Part shown: in pieces, positions 37,142 to 51,062 of the stretch | Position numbering within the stretch: position 1 is the stretch's first letter | Layout: each line of letters opens with the position of its first letter | Assembly: GCA_030295235.1 (NCBI GenBank) | Contig: AP026131.1 | Span: 186,001-250,000 of the forward strand | Reading direction: 5' to 3' | Source of the DNA: Fistulifera solaris | Lineage: Eukaryota | DNA length: 64,000 nucleotides | Notes under the pieces: model-generated | The model's input: only the letters and a program-made list of their open reading frames with translations | Databases searched by the model: none | Told to the model about the DNA's origin: nothing | Made by a program: the position numbers and the translations under genes

Positions 37142-39484
37142 ATGAGGCTCGAAAAACGATTGCTGGTAGCATTTCTTGCGTCGGCTTGCTCCAACCACGC
37201 TTTGTGGGCCACGGCATCGGCTGGAGGCAACCCGGGAGGCTACGGTTATCAGCCACACAACTACATGCAGCAGCAAGGTTCGAATTGGGGGTCAAATGAA
37301 GTCTCGTATAGTCAACCGACCGATCGCGCTGCCCCATCTCCTCTCCCTGCTGGATGGTCCGAGCATTTCGATCCTTCCTCGGGTCAGCCGTATTATTATA
37401 ACGCAGCTGACGGTACGACAACATGGGATCGTCCACAAGTAACAGTAACAGAAGATAACAACGAATCGAAGGAAGAGGCCGCTTCAGAATATTCAAACTT
37501 TTCTGCAGAGGAATCGCGCCCCTTGCTCGATACCGATGCATCGAATGAGGCGGAGGTAACCGAAGAAAAATTGGCTCAAGAGACCGAGAATGAGCCAACC
37601 TTTCGCGACTACGGTATAGGAGGTGCCAGAGAGGGACAAACTAGCGATTCGGGCAGCGGAGAACAGTCAGTTAGCGAGCAGAAACAAGATGAGACGCAAC
37701 AATCACTCCAAAGATCGTGGGGTGTTCCTCAAGGAAACCAACAGCCGTCAACTGAAGAACAAAATCAAGATTCTGATCACTCGTCTTTTGATGCGTCGCG
37801 TGCAAATCAATTTCAGAATAACAATGCTTACCAGACTGGACAAGAGCAGTTTGCTAACCGTCGTCCTGAACCGCGTCCTTTTCAACCATCGGGGCTGTCA
37901 ACACAGGAATCACAAGGCGATGTTCGAGTCAAACCTTTCGGTCAGGGACCAGGAGAGATGCATGACCAGCGTCCTCAGCAGAGGGATAATTACCACTCGG
38001 TGCACCAGGGAAGTCATTCAGCTCCAGGTAGGCCAAGCTTTCAAGAGGAAACCCGTCCGAAGGAGGAAAAGAAAAGAATCAGATGTTTTGCCGCGTTCGT
38101 TCACACAAAGACCTCCACAACAACACTCAGAATCAGAGTCGATCTCCCAGCGACCGTTGCAGCCGCAACCCGTTGCATCTGCGAATATAACGCAGACAGA
38201 GACACCCAGATATCCGCAAACCTCTGGCCCAGCGTTCGTGCCTAGACAGCCTGTTCCGGGAGCACCATTGCGGCCGCAGCCTACGGCTTTTCAGAGAGAT
38301 TCAGGTTACCCAAGCGGTGGGCAACACCAGGGAGAACGGGTAAACAACGAACAGCTCCAACGAACTACTCCGCCTCCGCAACAGCAGCGGCCGCAACTTC
38401 CTCCTTCCAATACTCAGTCTTCTACACAGCAAAGTCCGTACAATCCGCCACAATACGCGCAAAGGCCTCCATCGGCACATCAGTACGCACCTGGATCGCC
38501 ACAGGGTCAGTATGGCTACGGGCAACAGAATGCCGCAGGTCAAAATCCGTACGGACAGTATCCGAGAGAAAATCCGCAAGCACAGTATGGACAGTACGGA
38601 CAATACGGTCAATACGGACAGTATTCTCAGCAATATGGAGGCCCTTCCCATCAAGGAGGGTCAGGCCAGCTCGTTTCTCAGGAAGAAACAGTGGGCGGAG
38701 CTTTGCGAGGGCCTTCGGAAGTGCCTGGCAAGGACTAGTTGGTTTTGGTAATCGAACCATGACGGCGGTAGAAAGTGCCAAGAATACTGTTGTGTCGGGT
38801 GCCCGAGAAGCCACGCAAACAATTTCATCAACAAGCTCAAGTAAGTAAATCGTGAACGACTCCATTGATAAGCCTTGCACATTCTCATAATATTCTGCAG
38901 ATTTGCTGACCCACGCGAAGGGAACGTTGAGTTCTGTTTTCGAAGGGGGAAGTGATTCAGCGGCTGATCAATACTCGTTGACTGGTCGTTATGGAACTCC
39001 TCCTGCATCGGGTTATGGTGCACAGTCACAGGGTCAGCCCTATTCAGGCTACCCTTATCAGCAGCAACCACGACCACAAGGTCAAGGCTACCCGCCTCAA
39101 GGACAATATCCACCGCAGGGCCAGTATCCTCCGCAGGGTAACTATCCTCCTTCGGGAAAATACCCTCCTACCGGTCAATACCCTCCTGGATACAACCCAC
39201 CGCAACCCCGTGATGACCCCCCTTACCCTCAAGCGCAGCAAGAACAACGGCCGCCCCACGGACGCCCTATGCAAAATCAATGGCAGCAGCCTCCTGGGTA
39301 TCCTGGTCAGCAAACTGGCGAATCACGGCAGCAGCCCCCTTTGCAGCAACGAGGTGTTCCGTATCCCCAACAGCGCCGCAATCCTGGTCCCGGCGACCGG
39401 CCACCCCAACAGCAACAACAACCACAAGGACAACAAGCCCAGGATCCTTGGCAACATCCTGGCTTAGGCCCAGATGGGTTTTAA
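37142..39484 (+). CDS. Signal-peptide protein with a WW domain and long Pro/Gln/Gly/Tyr-rich regions
   Basis: LPAGWSEHFDPSSGQPYYYNAADGTTTWDRP; YPPQGQ and YGQ repeats. Intron about 38841-38900; frameshifts near 38070 and 38700. Confidence 0.75.
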
Positions 39485-39518
39485 AGTTGAACTATAGCGA
39501 GATTAATTCCAAAGTGCT

Positions 39519-40740
39519 CTATAATACTACAGTTGGGAAATTATAAGTACCAAAGCTTTCTCCGAAGCTTTTGTCATATCCGATTCTAGTTCGAATGTCT
39601 TTGTGAATTTAGAAGGGTTGCTACGAACTGTGTCTTCCATAGAGGATGAATGCAGACTGGGTATGTATGCATGGGAACAAGCCATTGCCATTTCAATGTC
39701 ATTGTCGTCATCGCAAATACAAACGGTGTCGGAGAGCAGCTCGTTTTCGCTAGTAGGAGCAGGATATACATTTTTAGCCAGATATTCACAGCTGCATGCA
39801 TAATACTTAGTAAGCGATCAAAATATAAATAGACGAGATGCTTGTGATACTCTTACCAGTTCTTCTTGCCAGAAGCGGCAGGATAAAAGTCGATGGCACC
39901 TAAATTGGTACTCGTGGCAAGACCGGGCGGGCAGGAAATCTTCCCGTTCAATAAGTCATCGAAAAAATTTTGTCCTTGTTTGTTTTGCTGGCTCTTATGT
40001 ATCCTAAAGCATGTTGAATAGCTGTTGCAATCAATCACCAGACCTTTACGCTCCAAGCTTGCTGCAAATTCCCATAACAACCCAGATCGTTGAGAGATGG
40101 GGACGGGATCTTCGGTTTGTTCGTAAGCCAGTTCATTACCGATAAAACCCTCTTTACCAGCAGCGCTTTCGTCTTCCCAACGTTTGCGCCATTCCAAATC
40201 TTCTTGCAAACCAAAATTCTCCAACATTTCGGCCCCTTCATATTGCACAGGTTCACATGTAAATTGCCCGTTGACAGGAGATACGCGATAGAAGATACGT
40301 CCTCCAGCTTCTGTGCAGTAAGCGTCTGCTACCGGTAAAAAAGAGAGTCGACTGATCAAAGTGGAAGTGCGCATGCCACTGATCAGCACCAATTTGACAC
40401 CTCGATTGCGGAGTTCTTGGGCGTACAACAAGGTTCGCGCCGATATGACGCCTCTCGTCCCCGTCGCACTCGGCGGTAAGTGCAGAATAGATTCCGAGTG
40501 TTCACGTGCATAGTGCTCAGGATCTTTCGGATAATGAATAAGCGTTCCGTCTAGATCACTGAAGACAATGCGAATGCGTGGCTTTACGACATTGGGGTTG
40601 CTGTAGCTTGTCGTCATTTTGTGAATTGTTGAAAGCTGTTCGGTGATGCTGCTGGCAGCGGCCAATCGGCTGATAAGACTATTAGAAACAAGAAATAAGC
40701 AGAAGAATAGCATTCTCCTGCAGGAATAGTATCTATTCAT
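39519..40740 (-). CDS. HAD-superfamily hydrolase (Cof/sucrose-phosphatase-like)
   Basis: FSDLDGTL, ISGMR and SGK motifs. An intron (about 39792-39856) leads to CICDDDNDIEMA. The 3' end is approximate. Confidence 0.85.
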
Positions 40741-41326
40741 TCATAGACTAGACTACGTCGTTCTTGTGTTTGCCTTGAAATGGAAACAAAAAGATGTTTT
40801 TATGAAGGTCCAAATTTTACTGTAGAACCAAAAGTAGCCGACCTTTTTCACGACTGCAATTCAGTCATGAGTTAAGATTATACCGAGACGGGCTGCTGCC
40901 TCATTTCGCATCTTTCCGCGAACTTATTATTCTTCCATTGTCGCGCTTGGCATAACGCGATCTTCTGCAGCGGTTTTAATGCAAACAGTGATTATTTTCG
41001 TCGATACGGCTCGAGAAGCGTTGTTTGCCGAATTTACTATAGCTCGAAGTGTTGGTTCTAGGAAGCCACGACTGCAATCCAGTCATAAACCAAAAAGATC
41101 ATGATGATTCAATTAATGATAAATTCTTACGTCTAATGGGACTAAATTCAATTCAGCCCAGCTTCAACCAAGAATCTAATTCACATTTACAATCGAAACT
41201 GTTGATAGCTCCTATCGCTTTTGTAAGAGCATGCTGCAGTTGAAAATTGAGAGGATTCGATGGGACCTTCATATAAAAAAGAGCCACTCAATGGACCAGC
41301 ATTCTAAACAAAATATGAAACGGATC

Positions 41327-41951
41327 TCAAGCTAAATTTGTGTCGAGAAGAAGACAGAGTCGACAGGCTGGCGCGCAATTCGGAAGCATGAACAACCGGT
41401 TCGTTTCACATTCTCCTATAATATCAGAGAAAGAGTTAGTCGATAGAGAATTACTACATTAGCCATGCTAGCGTACGAACCTATATGCGTCCAAAAAGCG
41501 CAGAGCTCATTACGATTGCGACTGGAAATAAGTTAAGAGTTACTGTCAGGCAAAAATTGCGGCTCATAATTTACAGCTCCTAATCATCACAGACGTACCA
41601 ATATTGACGCACTTCGCGGTATTCCGGGTTAGACAGCACTTCTCCGTAATAATAAGCATCCATAGCATTCAGCACCTTCTGGATGCCCCTTCGTTCGAGT
41701 TCCGTTCCATCTACTCGTTGCGGAAGTCCAGTATCCATTTCTTGATATGTGTCGGGGTCAAAGTGCTTTCTCACATCCATGGGATCATCCGAGCAGATAT
41801 AGGAGGTTGGCGATGTATCGACGCAATAACGGGCGTCCTGTGGAATGACATGCGCATGTTCCAGCGCTTTATTACGCTCTTCGCGAGCGGTGACATGCAC
41901 GTTGAACAAAGTCAACAGAAGTGTTGTTTTTAGTATTTTTATCGGGGTCAT
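41327..41951 (-). CDS. Secreted ShK-domain protein (3 exons)
   Basis: Signal peptide MTPIKILKTTLLLTLFNVHVTA. Splicing two GT-AG introns gives CRNRNELCAFWTHIGECETNRLFMLPNCAPACRLC, the six-Cys ShKT pattern. Confidence 0.85.
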
Positions 41952-42654
41952 TTTTGACAAATCATTTATCTGTAATCCCTGCGATGATTTATACTGAATC
42001 GCACTGAAGCTAGTTATAAGCTCTAGAATGGCGATCAGTTTTGGAAACAAGGATATTGGTAGCAATAACAAGAAAAGCTTAATGCAAGTTTATCATGACG
42101 GTGTTTATTGCGATTGACGATACTTGCGATCAAAATGTTTTTCAATAACTCAATATCCGGGTCTTCCTTCAGCGATAATTTTCCTACGGGGGCAACGTAT
42201 TTCAGGCGTAGAACTTCAAACCATTGCAACTTGTCTCTTTCCCATTGCTTTGACGACATCACGACCTCGGTTCTGGTTTATGGGTATGCCCCATCTACTT
42301 CGATGACATCAAGAGTATCGTTCGAGGCAAAATGGACTTAGTAATGTGTGGTCGATGTTTTCATACTCCTACACTTAAGACTCATGACTGAATTCCAGTC
42401 GTGACGAATTTCAGCAATTTTTCAATCATCTAGACTTATATCGTTTGCAACTACTTTCAAGGATGAATGCGAATGAGCTGACCAGGCATAACAGTTATGG
42501 CCGCAATAGTATACCTGGTGCAGTTTCATATATCCAATGCGCTAAAATGAAATTTACATTCAGCCAACGTTGCCAGCCGAACATTATTTACTTTTAGCTT
42601 TACAAAAGAACCACAAACATTAGAATTGCTCAGACAACAAATCCTGGAATTAAA

Positions 42655-43261
42655 TTACCATTTACGAAAGTGTTTCTTGTTTACTTGATAGTTTTTGTCC
42701 ATGAGCTCGGGCGGGATACCAAATCGACTGAAAATCTTCACGGAAAAATGTCGGAAATAGGCATGTCGACCAAAGATAGTCCCCACAAAGACGAGCAAAG
42801 TAGCATAGACGGGAGAAATGATGATAAAGGTACAAATTCGGTACGACCAGGGGCCCTCAAGCATACTTCCTTTGATACCCAAGCCATCACTCACCGCAGG
42901 ACGAACGAGCTGACAAAGTAATACGGTCGAGACGTCACGGGCGTGAGTTTGGAGAAAAAGGTGACTTCAAGTATGCTATACCATCTTGTAGCTTGCTTAC
43001 CATCATAGTCGATGATCCTGTGATTCCAAACACTGCGCATATTAACGCCATCTCACGATACCAAGCAAAGGTTCCACGCTGTGGCATCTCTTTGGGAGCT
43101 ATATATCTTTGCCACATAGATAACGGCGTTTTACTGCTGTTGTTTGAGTCACTGGCCGGTGTGTTAAAACGGCGTCTCCATAAACTTTTATTCACCAAAT
43201 TCCCGCGATGCAGACAGCTGAGCGTGCGAGGTAGAAGAGTTCGCTGAAACAATGTGGTCAT
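42655..43261 (-). CDS. Small membrane protein, DUF6787-like, with a mitochondrial-type presequence
   Basis: ICAVFGITGSSTMM|LVRP...SPVYATLLVFVGTIFGRHAYF. Intron 42910-43000. Arg-rich N-terminus. Confidence 0.7.
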
Positions 43262-43467
43262 AATTTTTTGGCCTGCGAAATAATGATACGCTAAAGAGAA
43301 AACTCTGAATTGAATCTAATCTTTCTTTTAGAATGTGTTTGACTAAAAAAAGAGGTCTACAATAGATTGTCAACACCGATCAACTTCATCGCATCATCGC
43401 AAATGTTTTCGTTTTCTCCACTTTTCTTATATAAGGGAACATATATTAATGATAGTTAGTTTGGTAT

Positions 43468-43585
43468 AGGAACGACCATACTACGATGACAGCACCGCTT
43501 CCCGTCTGCTCAGCGAAGTTAAGCATCGTCAGGCCCGGTTAGTACTACGGTGGGGGACCACGTTGGAATCCCGGGTGTTGTTCTT
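43468..43585 (+). rRNA. 5S rRNA
   Basis: 118-nt eukaryotic 5S pattern (GACCATAC, GAAGTTAAGC, GGTTAGTACTACGGTGGGGGACCAC). The 5' and 3' ends are complementary, a T run follows, and an AT-rich TATA-like tract lies about 25 nt upstream. Confidence 0.96.
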
Positions 43586-43888
43586 TTGTTTCTTTTGAAA
43601 CTCAGCTCTTTTCTCAGCTCGAATCTATTGGCAATTGGAGCTAGTGACTACTCGATGGTTTTGTTCGAGGCAAAGACGGCACTTAATTGATCGCTTGGCT
43701 GCAGCTAATCCATCTAAACTATCCCAGTTGAGTTTACTGCTTTTTAGTGAGATTGAATATACGTGCTCTATAAAAGTTGTCTTTAGTGTCTACTGCGTGT
43801 CGCTTTTTGTTTCCAGAAAATGTTTGATGGTATACATAGGATGATATGAAATAAATTGCATGTCACAACATGCGTCATTTGCGTTCAG

Positions 43889-44215
43889 TCATTGCCAATT
43901 CCGCTCAATCGACTGGACCCGTTGAATACCTAAAAAGGCAAGGACATCAAAATTCTCCATTACCGGGTCAATTTTGTAATGATCGGGTATTAAACAATCT
44001 TCACAGTCTTCTCCACAATCAGCGCTGGTTTCTTCTAAAGAGAAAAACGACGATGTTTCTCCTTTCCATTCGGTGAAGTCGTCGTCTTGATGACTATTCG
44101 TCATCGCGCGGAGAAAGGTTGTCGTATCTTTTGATCGATGATAGTTCAGTCGCACAAATCCCCATCCGAGCATGAGCCTGCTTTCGAGTAGTGACATCAG
44201 CATTAGTAATTGCAT
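43889..44215 (-). CDS. Small hypothetical protein with a presequence and a CGEDCEDCLIP motif
   Basis: Hydrophobic N-terminus ending GWGF, a Cys cluster and a DVLAFLGIQR C-terminal segment. Confidence 0.6.
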   Translation of the reverse strand: MQLLMLMSLLESRLMLGWGFVRLNYHRSKDTTTFLRAMTNSHQDDDFTEWKGETSSFFSLEETSADCGEDCEDCLIPDHYKIDPVMENFDVLAFLGIQRVQSIERNWQ

Positions 44216-44649
44216 TATTCGTTTATTGTTACTTGTAATTGCTGTCATTGTATTCAAGGCATGCATTGGTTATGTTTTGTTTCGAGTAGTTGCTTCGGTT
44301 TTGTGCGTTTGCGTTTTGCGTCGACGTGGTGAACTCGTTTTTGCGAAGGTTCGTTCCGGAAGTGGAGGGAGTGCTGTCCGTCGCCGTGACAGCGAAGAAC
44401 CCAAAGAATGACACTGTGCATTAAAGAGTTGACTAACTTATAAGCGAATTGTATAACCTGTACGACACTAGATGGATGTGACGTACCAGGCACTTGTACG
44501 ACGACGCGACGGTCCTCTTGGTTCAAAAAAATATTTCGATGTTTGTGAAGATCGGATTTTTCGCAGCCCAAACTGCAACACACCCATTTCTTCATCGCCC
44601 TAGAGGAAAAGGACGTTACGCATAGATCCGTCGGCAAAAAACTCTGGGA

Positions 44650-46841
<2,192 letters not shown>

Positions 46842-46878
46842 ATGCAATATTGTTACAAATCGGATGTGTTCTATAGAG

Positions 46879-48477
46879 TTATGAACTTTCTTGTTTCTCC
46901 ATGTCGCGAGATTCTTCGGCTGTTTCAGGAAGGTTGCTTTGTTTCACTACATGACTTGCCGCATCGACAACTTCCTTCCGTTTCTCTTCACTGTCACGCT
47001 CCACAAGCGCACACGCCTCGTCGTAGTCTCCCATGAAAAATGTGCAAAACACAGAAAACAAACAGAATACGCAGACAACCATAATCGACCATTTCCTGTC
47101 AAAATCATTTTCATTCATCAAAGTAACAATGAGGGTTGGCGCCCAGCCCTAAAACTTGATTAACGAATGTAAAGAGCCCCATCATTTCGGTCTCTTGACC
47201 TTTCGGGATCAGCGAGCACTGCAGTACACGCTGACTCGGATACGCCCATCCTAGACCGATTCCCCACAAAGATGCAAAGCCGTAGACGGATGACTTTCGT
47301 TCCGGACCAGTAAACACAAAGACGCTCAATCCAAAGAAAAAACCAAGCCATGAAAGACCAAGGCGATAGGAATTTAATGGATTCATGAAACGGTTTGCCG
47401 CCTTCGATAACAAGGAACCGACCGCTGTGGAAGCCATCAAAATAAGACTCGCTTTGGCAATGTCGACAGCGGCAAACATCATTTCCACGGTGAGAAAAGT
47501 GATTGTAATAGATAGTACAACGCCGGCACCGGCTTCCGGACTCCACAACATGGAAAACATAAAGACGCGTAGCGCATGGTATTTGACGTAATCTTGGACG
47601 CCGTGCGGCCAAGTTGCACAAATCCACATGTGATAAGATTTGATCCTTCTGGTACCTTGGATAAAGCCGGACGCTGTCGGAAGAGAAAAGTCCAGGAATA
47701 ACCAATGAGGAGACATCCGAGCGCAAAGGCCCATATGGTTGCATCACGAGCTGTTTGAACAGTTGCATCCAAAGTCGCCTTTTCGTAATTTCCACGCGAT
47801 TTTGTCATGATAACTACCATCGCGACAAAACCGAAATGCACAACGTACTGTTTGAAATTAAAACGAGAGGTGTAATGTGACAATACCTCTTGATCGGTTG
47901 TGAGATCTGGTAAATACGCCAAAGCAGCACAATAGTGTACGAGGAGAGCAAAGGTCTGGAGCGTATCAATGACGAGAATGAAGAACCAGTTGTTTTTCTC
48001 GGCGCTGATGCTAATTTGCACGCCAATGAAACCGACCGCAAAAATACCCGACACAATTCCAAAAATCCGCCGATGCGGAGTATGATCGACGATGGCCCCC
48101 GCAATCGGCATGAGCAGAGCGGCAACGACACCGATGACGGATGACATCAATGTTAAGAGAGATGACGGCTTCAATCCCCACTTGATGGGATTGTCCGGTC
48201 CTCCAGCTTCCTGTATGGCTAGACGCAGAATGGCGGTACCAACGTAACTCCCTACGAGATTTAAAGGCCCTCTACCGGCGGAATCCATTGCCCATCCTGT
48301 AGCTTCTGGAAGTATCCTATTTGTAACAGGATCTGCTACTTGAAATGGTCTCTCGAACCACGATATCCATGACGGTGCATTTGTATGCCCTGAGCCATCT
48401 CCTTCAACGGCTTCGGAGATGGATATCGTGCGATTAAGTGTAGTAGGTGCTCCTGTTTCCCCCATTTCGCAATCCAA
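46879..48477 (-). CDS. MFS transporter (Atg22/UMF1-like)
   Basis: GWAMDSAGR, MPIAGAIVDHTPHRR, AYLPDL and LIPKGQETEMMGLF motifs, with many TM helices over three ORFs joined by frameshifts near 47590 and 47130. The 5' end is uncertain. Confidence 0.8.
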
Positions 48478-49061
48478 TCGTCTATTTTTCTAAGCAAAAT
48501 TATAAGAAATGCGTATGCGAATGAGCTTGAAGGATAAGAAGTAACGACATGATGAATAATAAATAACTAAGTGTAATGGCAAATGGCGGTCTCGTCTTGT
48601 CACGAAAATCGCGTGCCTTTTCTTTCGGCTTTCACAAAAATACTGGTAATGGGAAGTTGTAGTCGTCATAGTGCTAAATGTACTGTTTAATACGTAGGAA
48701 AGACAACGCAGAAGAACTCTGGGCACGTTCTGCGACACGTGACACTACAGTAAAGCTGATACATATCCCACCCGGCCCATTGTGAACTTTATGGTTGTAC
48801 GTAAGAATGACCTAATGACTAGCATTTCACACTGTACAGCAATGACCGATTTTAAAAGATGATGACGAATGACGAGGCTTCTGCATTCTGCAATCTGCGG
48901 ATTATCCAGTTCCTTAATGTGAAAGCATTCGTCTTGAAGTTTTGCGGGTTAAAAATTCCATGTCGCAGACGCAGAAAAAACAAAACGCGCGTCGTCGAGA
49001 GATGAAATCGTCAACTGTTCCTATTATTTCCTCTGCTTTGTTTAATTAACAAAGAACAGAA

Positions 49062-50666
49062 ATGCATACGGCTCCTACTGATAATGCGGAACGCGCCTTG
49101 CGAAGAAGAGTGACGAGAAGGCGGAATTTCGACGCAGCATCGAGAAAGGAAGCGTCTCTTGACAAACGATCCGCTGTTCGGTATTCTAGCAGAGCATTCG
49201 GTCTTCTCCTCAGTATTCTTTTCATTCCGACTTGTGCGAGCTTTGGAATATTCACTCCGGTTGGCCGTTCGTGTTCTCGTAGAATCCACACTTCCATGGC
49301 GACTGTCGAAGAAATCACTACAAAGGATGAACAAATACAAATTCTTCGAAATCTTACTGCATCGAGAGAATTTACTGATACAAAAATTGTGAATGATTCA
49401 ACAGATGACACAGCCTTAGAGGAAAAGGAGCATCCTGAAAGCCAAGACGACGCCGACGATGCAACACAGCAAGCTAGCAGCGGCGACACTAGTGCCGATG
49501 CACGTTCGGAAGATAATGAAATGGAGACACGGCGAAAGGAATTGGTGAAAGCAAATCTCCTCGGTCGAGGAAGTTCTACTTCGCGCTCCAAAAATCAATA
49601 CAAGGATACGAGTGTCGGGGCAAGGCGGATCGGGAGTGCTACAAAGGCACGTCAAAGTGCCACTGCTCCTAGCAGAGTCATGGATTCGCTTTGGAAAACA
49701 GCATCAGCCAAATCGAAAAATAAACAAGAGGAAACATCAACTGATGACAGAACTACGGATGGCACTACTCTGAGTTCTTCTGCAAATTCCGTGCAATCGC
49801 TGACTCGCTCCGCTATCATGAACGCGGTAGAGGAAGCGCTTTCGGATCGCAAACCGAAACGCGTAAATGGGCCCGTGCTCGTCAAGTCGAACCTGACCGC
49901 TGCTGATTTCACGCTTGCATACGAGCGTCCCATGGGGTTAGTAGTGGAGGATAAGGAAAACGACCGGCGAAGTGCAACCTTCGATTGTCCGGGTGCCATT
50001 GTTGCTCGCCCGACTTTAAACAACAATCTACTGGTGCGAATTGCCACTCCCACTGATGACTTTCAAATAGCTGCCCTGCGGCTATCCGTCTTCTCTGACT
50101 TTACTGCAGAACAACAGGGAAAATTCTGCGAACGTTCTTGCCAGGCAATCTCCAGTAGACGACTCCGGGGAGCACGTTGTCTGATTGCCGCTCATCAAAA
50201 TGACACAGAAACAGTTTTAGGAAGTGCCGAATGCAGTTATCATGAATTCTTTGGGACACGTCTTGGGCAACGAAGACAACAGTTTTCCATACTGTACGTT
50301 ACTGAAGTTGCAGTCGACATTGATGCCCGAGGACAAGGAATTGGGAAGAAGCTTATGGATGCTGTCGATATTTATGCAAAGTCTCGTAATATAGAGACCA
50401 TTTACCTTCATGTGGATGTCGAAAACAAAGCAGCTCTTTCTCTTTACGCCAAATCGGGATATGAACGCGTGAATGGTGAAGAAGACTCGATGTATTTGGA
50501 ATTTACTACTTCACTTCATTTACATCCTGGTGCTACCAAAGGAAGGGATCACTATTTAATGTACAAAAATCTCATACCAGACCCTGTTTGGCTCGAGCCT
50601 AAGGAACTGTCAATGAATCAGGGGGTCGAAACGAAAGGGAAACTGGGTTTCGAAGTCTCTCTGTAG
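49062..50666 (+). CDS. GNAT-family acetyltransferase, probably organelle-targeted
   Basis: YVTEVAVDIDARGQGIGKKLM and LHVDVENKAALSLYAKSGY motifs. Confidence 0.88.
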   Translation: MHTAPTDNAERALRRRVTRRRNFDAASRKEASLDKRSAVRYSSRAFGLLLSILFIPTCASFGIFTPVGRSCSRRIHTSMATVEEITTKDEQIQILRNLTASREFTDTKIVNDSTDDTALEEKEHPESQDDADDATQQASSGDTSADARSEDNEMETRRKELVKANLLGRGSSTSRSKNQYKDTSVGARRIGSATKARQSATAPSRVMDSLWKTASAKSKNKQEETSTDDRTTDGTTLSSSANSVQSLTRSAIMNAVEEALSDRKPKRVNGPVLVKSNLTAADFTLAYERPMGLVVEDKENDRRSATFDCPGAIVARPTLNNNLLVRIATPTDDFQIAALRLSVFSDFTAEQQGKFCERSCQAISSRRLRGARCLIAAHQNDTETVLGSAECSYHEFFGTRLGQRRQQFSILYVTEVAVDIDARGQGIGKKLMDAVDIYAKSRNIETIYLHVDVENKAALSLYAKSGYERVNGEEDSMYLEFTTSLHLHPGATKGRDHYLMYKNLIPDPVWLEPKELSMNQGVETKGKLGFEVSL

Positions 50667-51062
50667 TCTATGTTATCATCGTCTTTCTAGCACAAACGAG
50701 CAACTTAACTTGTATTTTAAGTTTGAATTTATCCATTGTTTCGGTCATCATTCATAATGTGAAAATGGTCGACCTAGCTAAAAGCTAAAAGTATCGAGCG
50801 ACCGTCTGTGCGACGTCCGTTCTTACACGTAGCACGTAGCGTAATGCTTCGTGGAGGAGACTACTCATTGAACGATAGTTGCGTACTGGTTTCCCGCGCT
50901 CAGTTCTTTTCTTGTTGGAGAACGGAGCGCGCCGTGTTCTGTCGGTCCATCCTGCAAAGCAAGACATCCGTCATTTCCTTCAACAAAACGAACAAAATAC
51001 GACCTTATACAAAGGAAACGCCTATCTATCACTTGAATTCACAACATTAATTTATTTAAATC

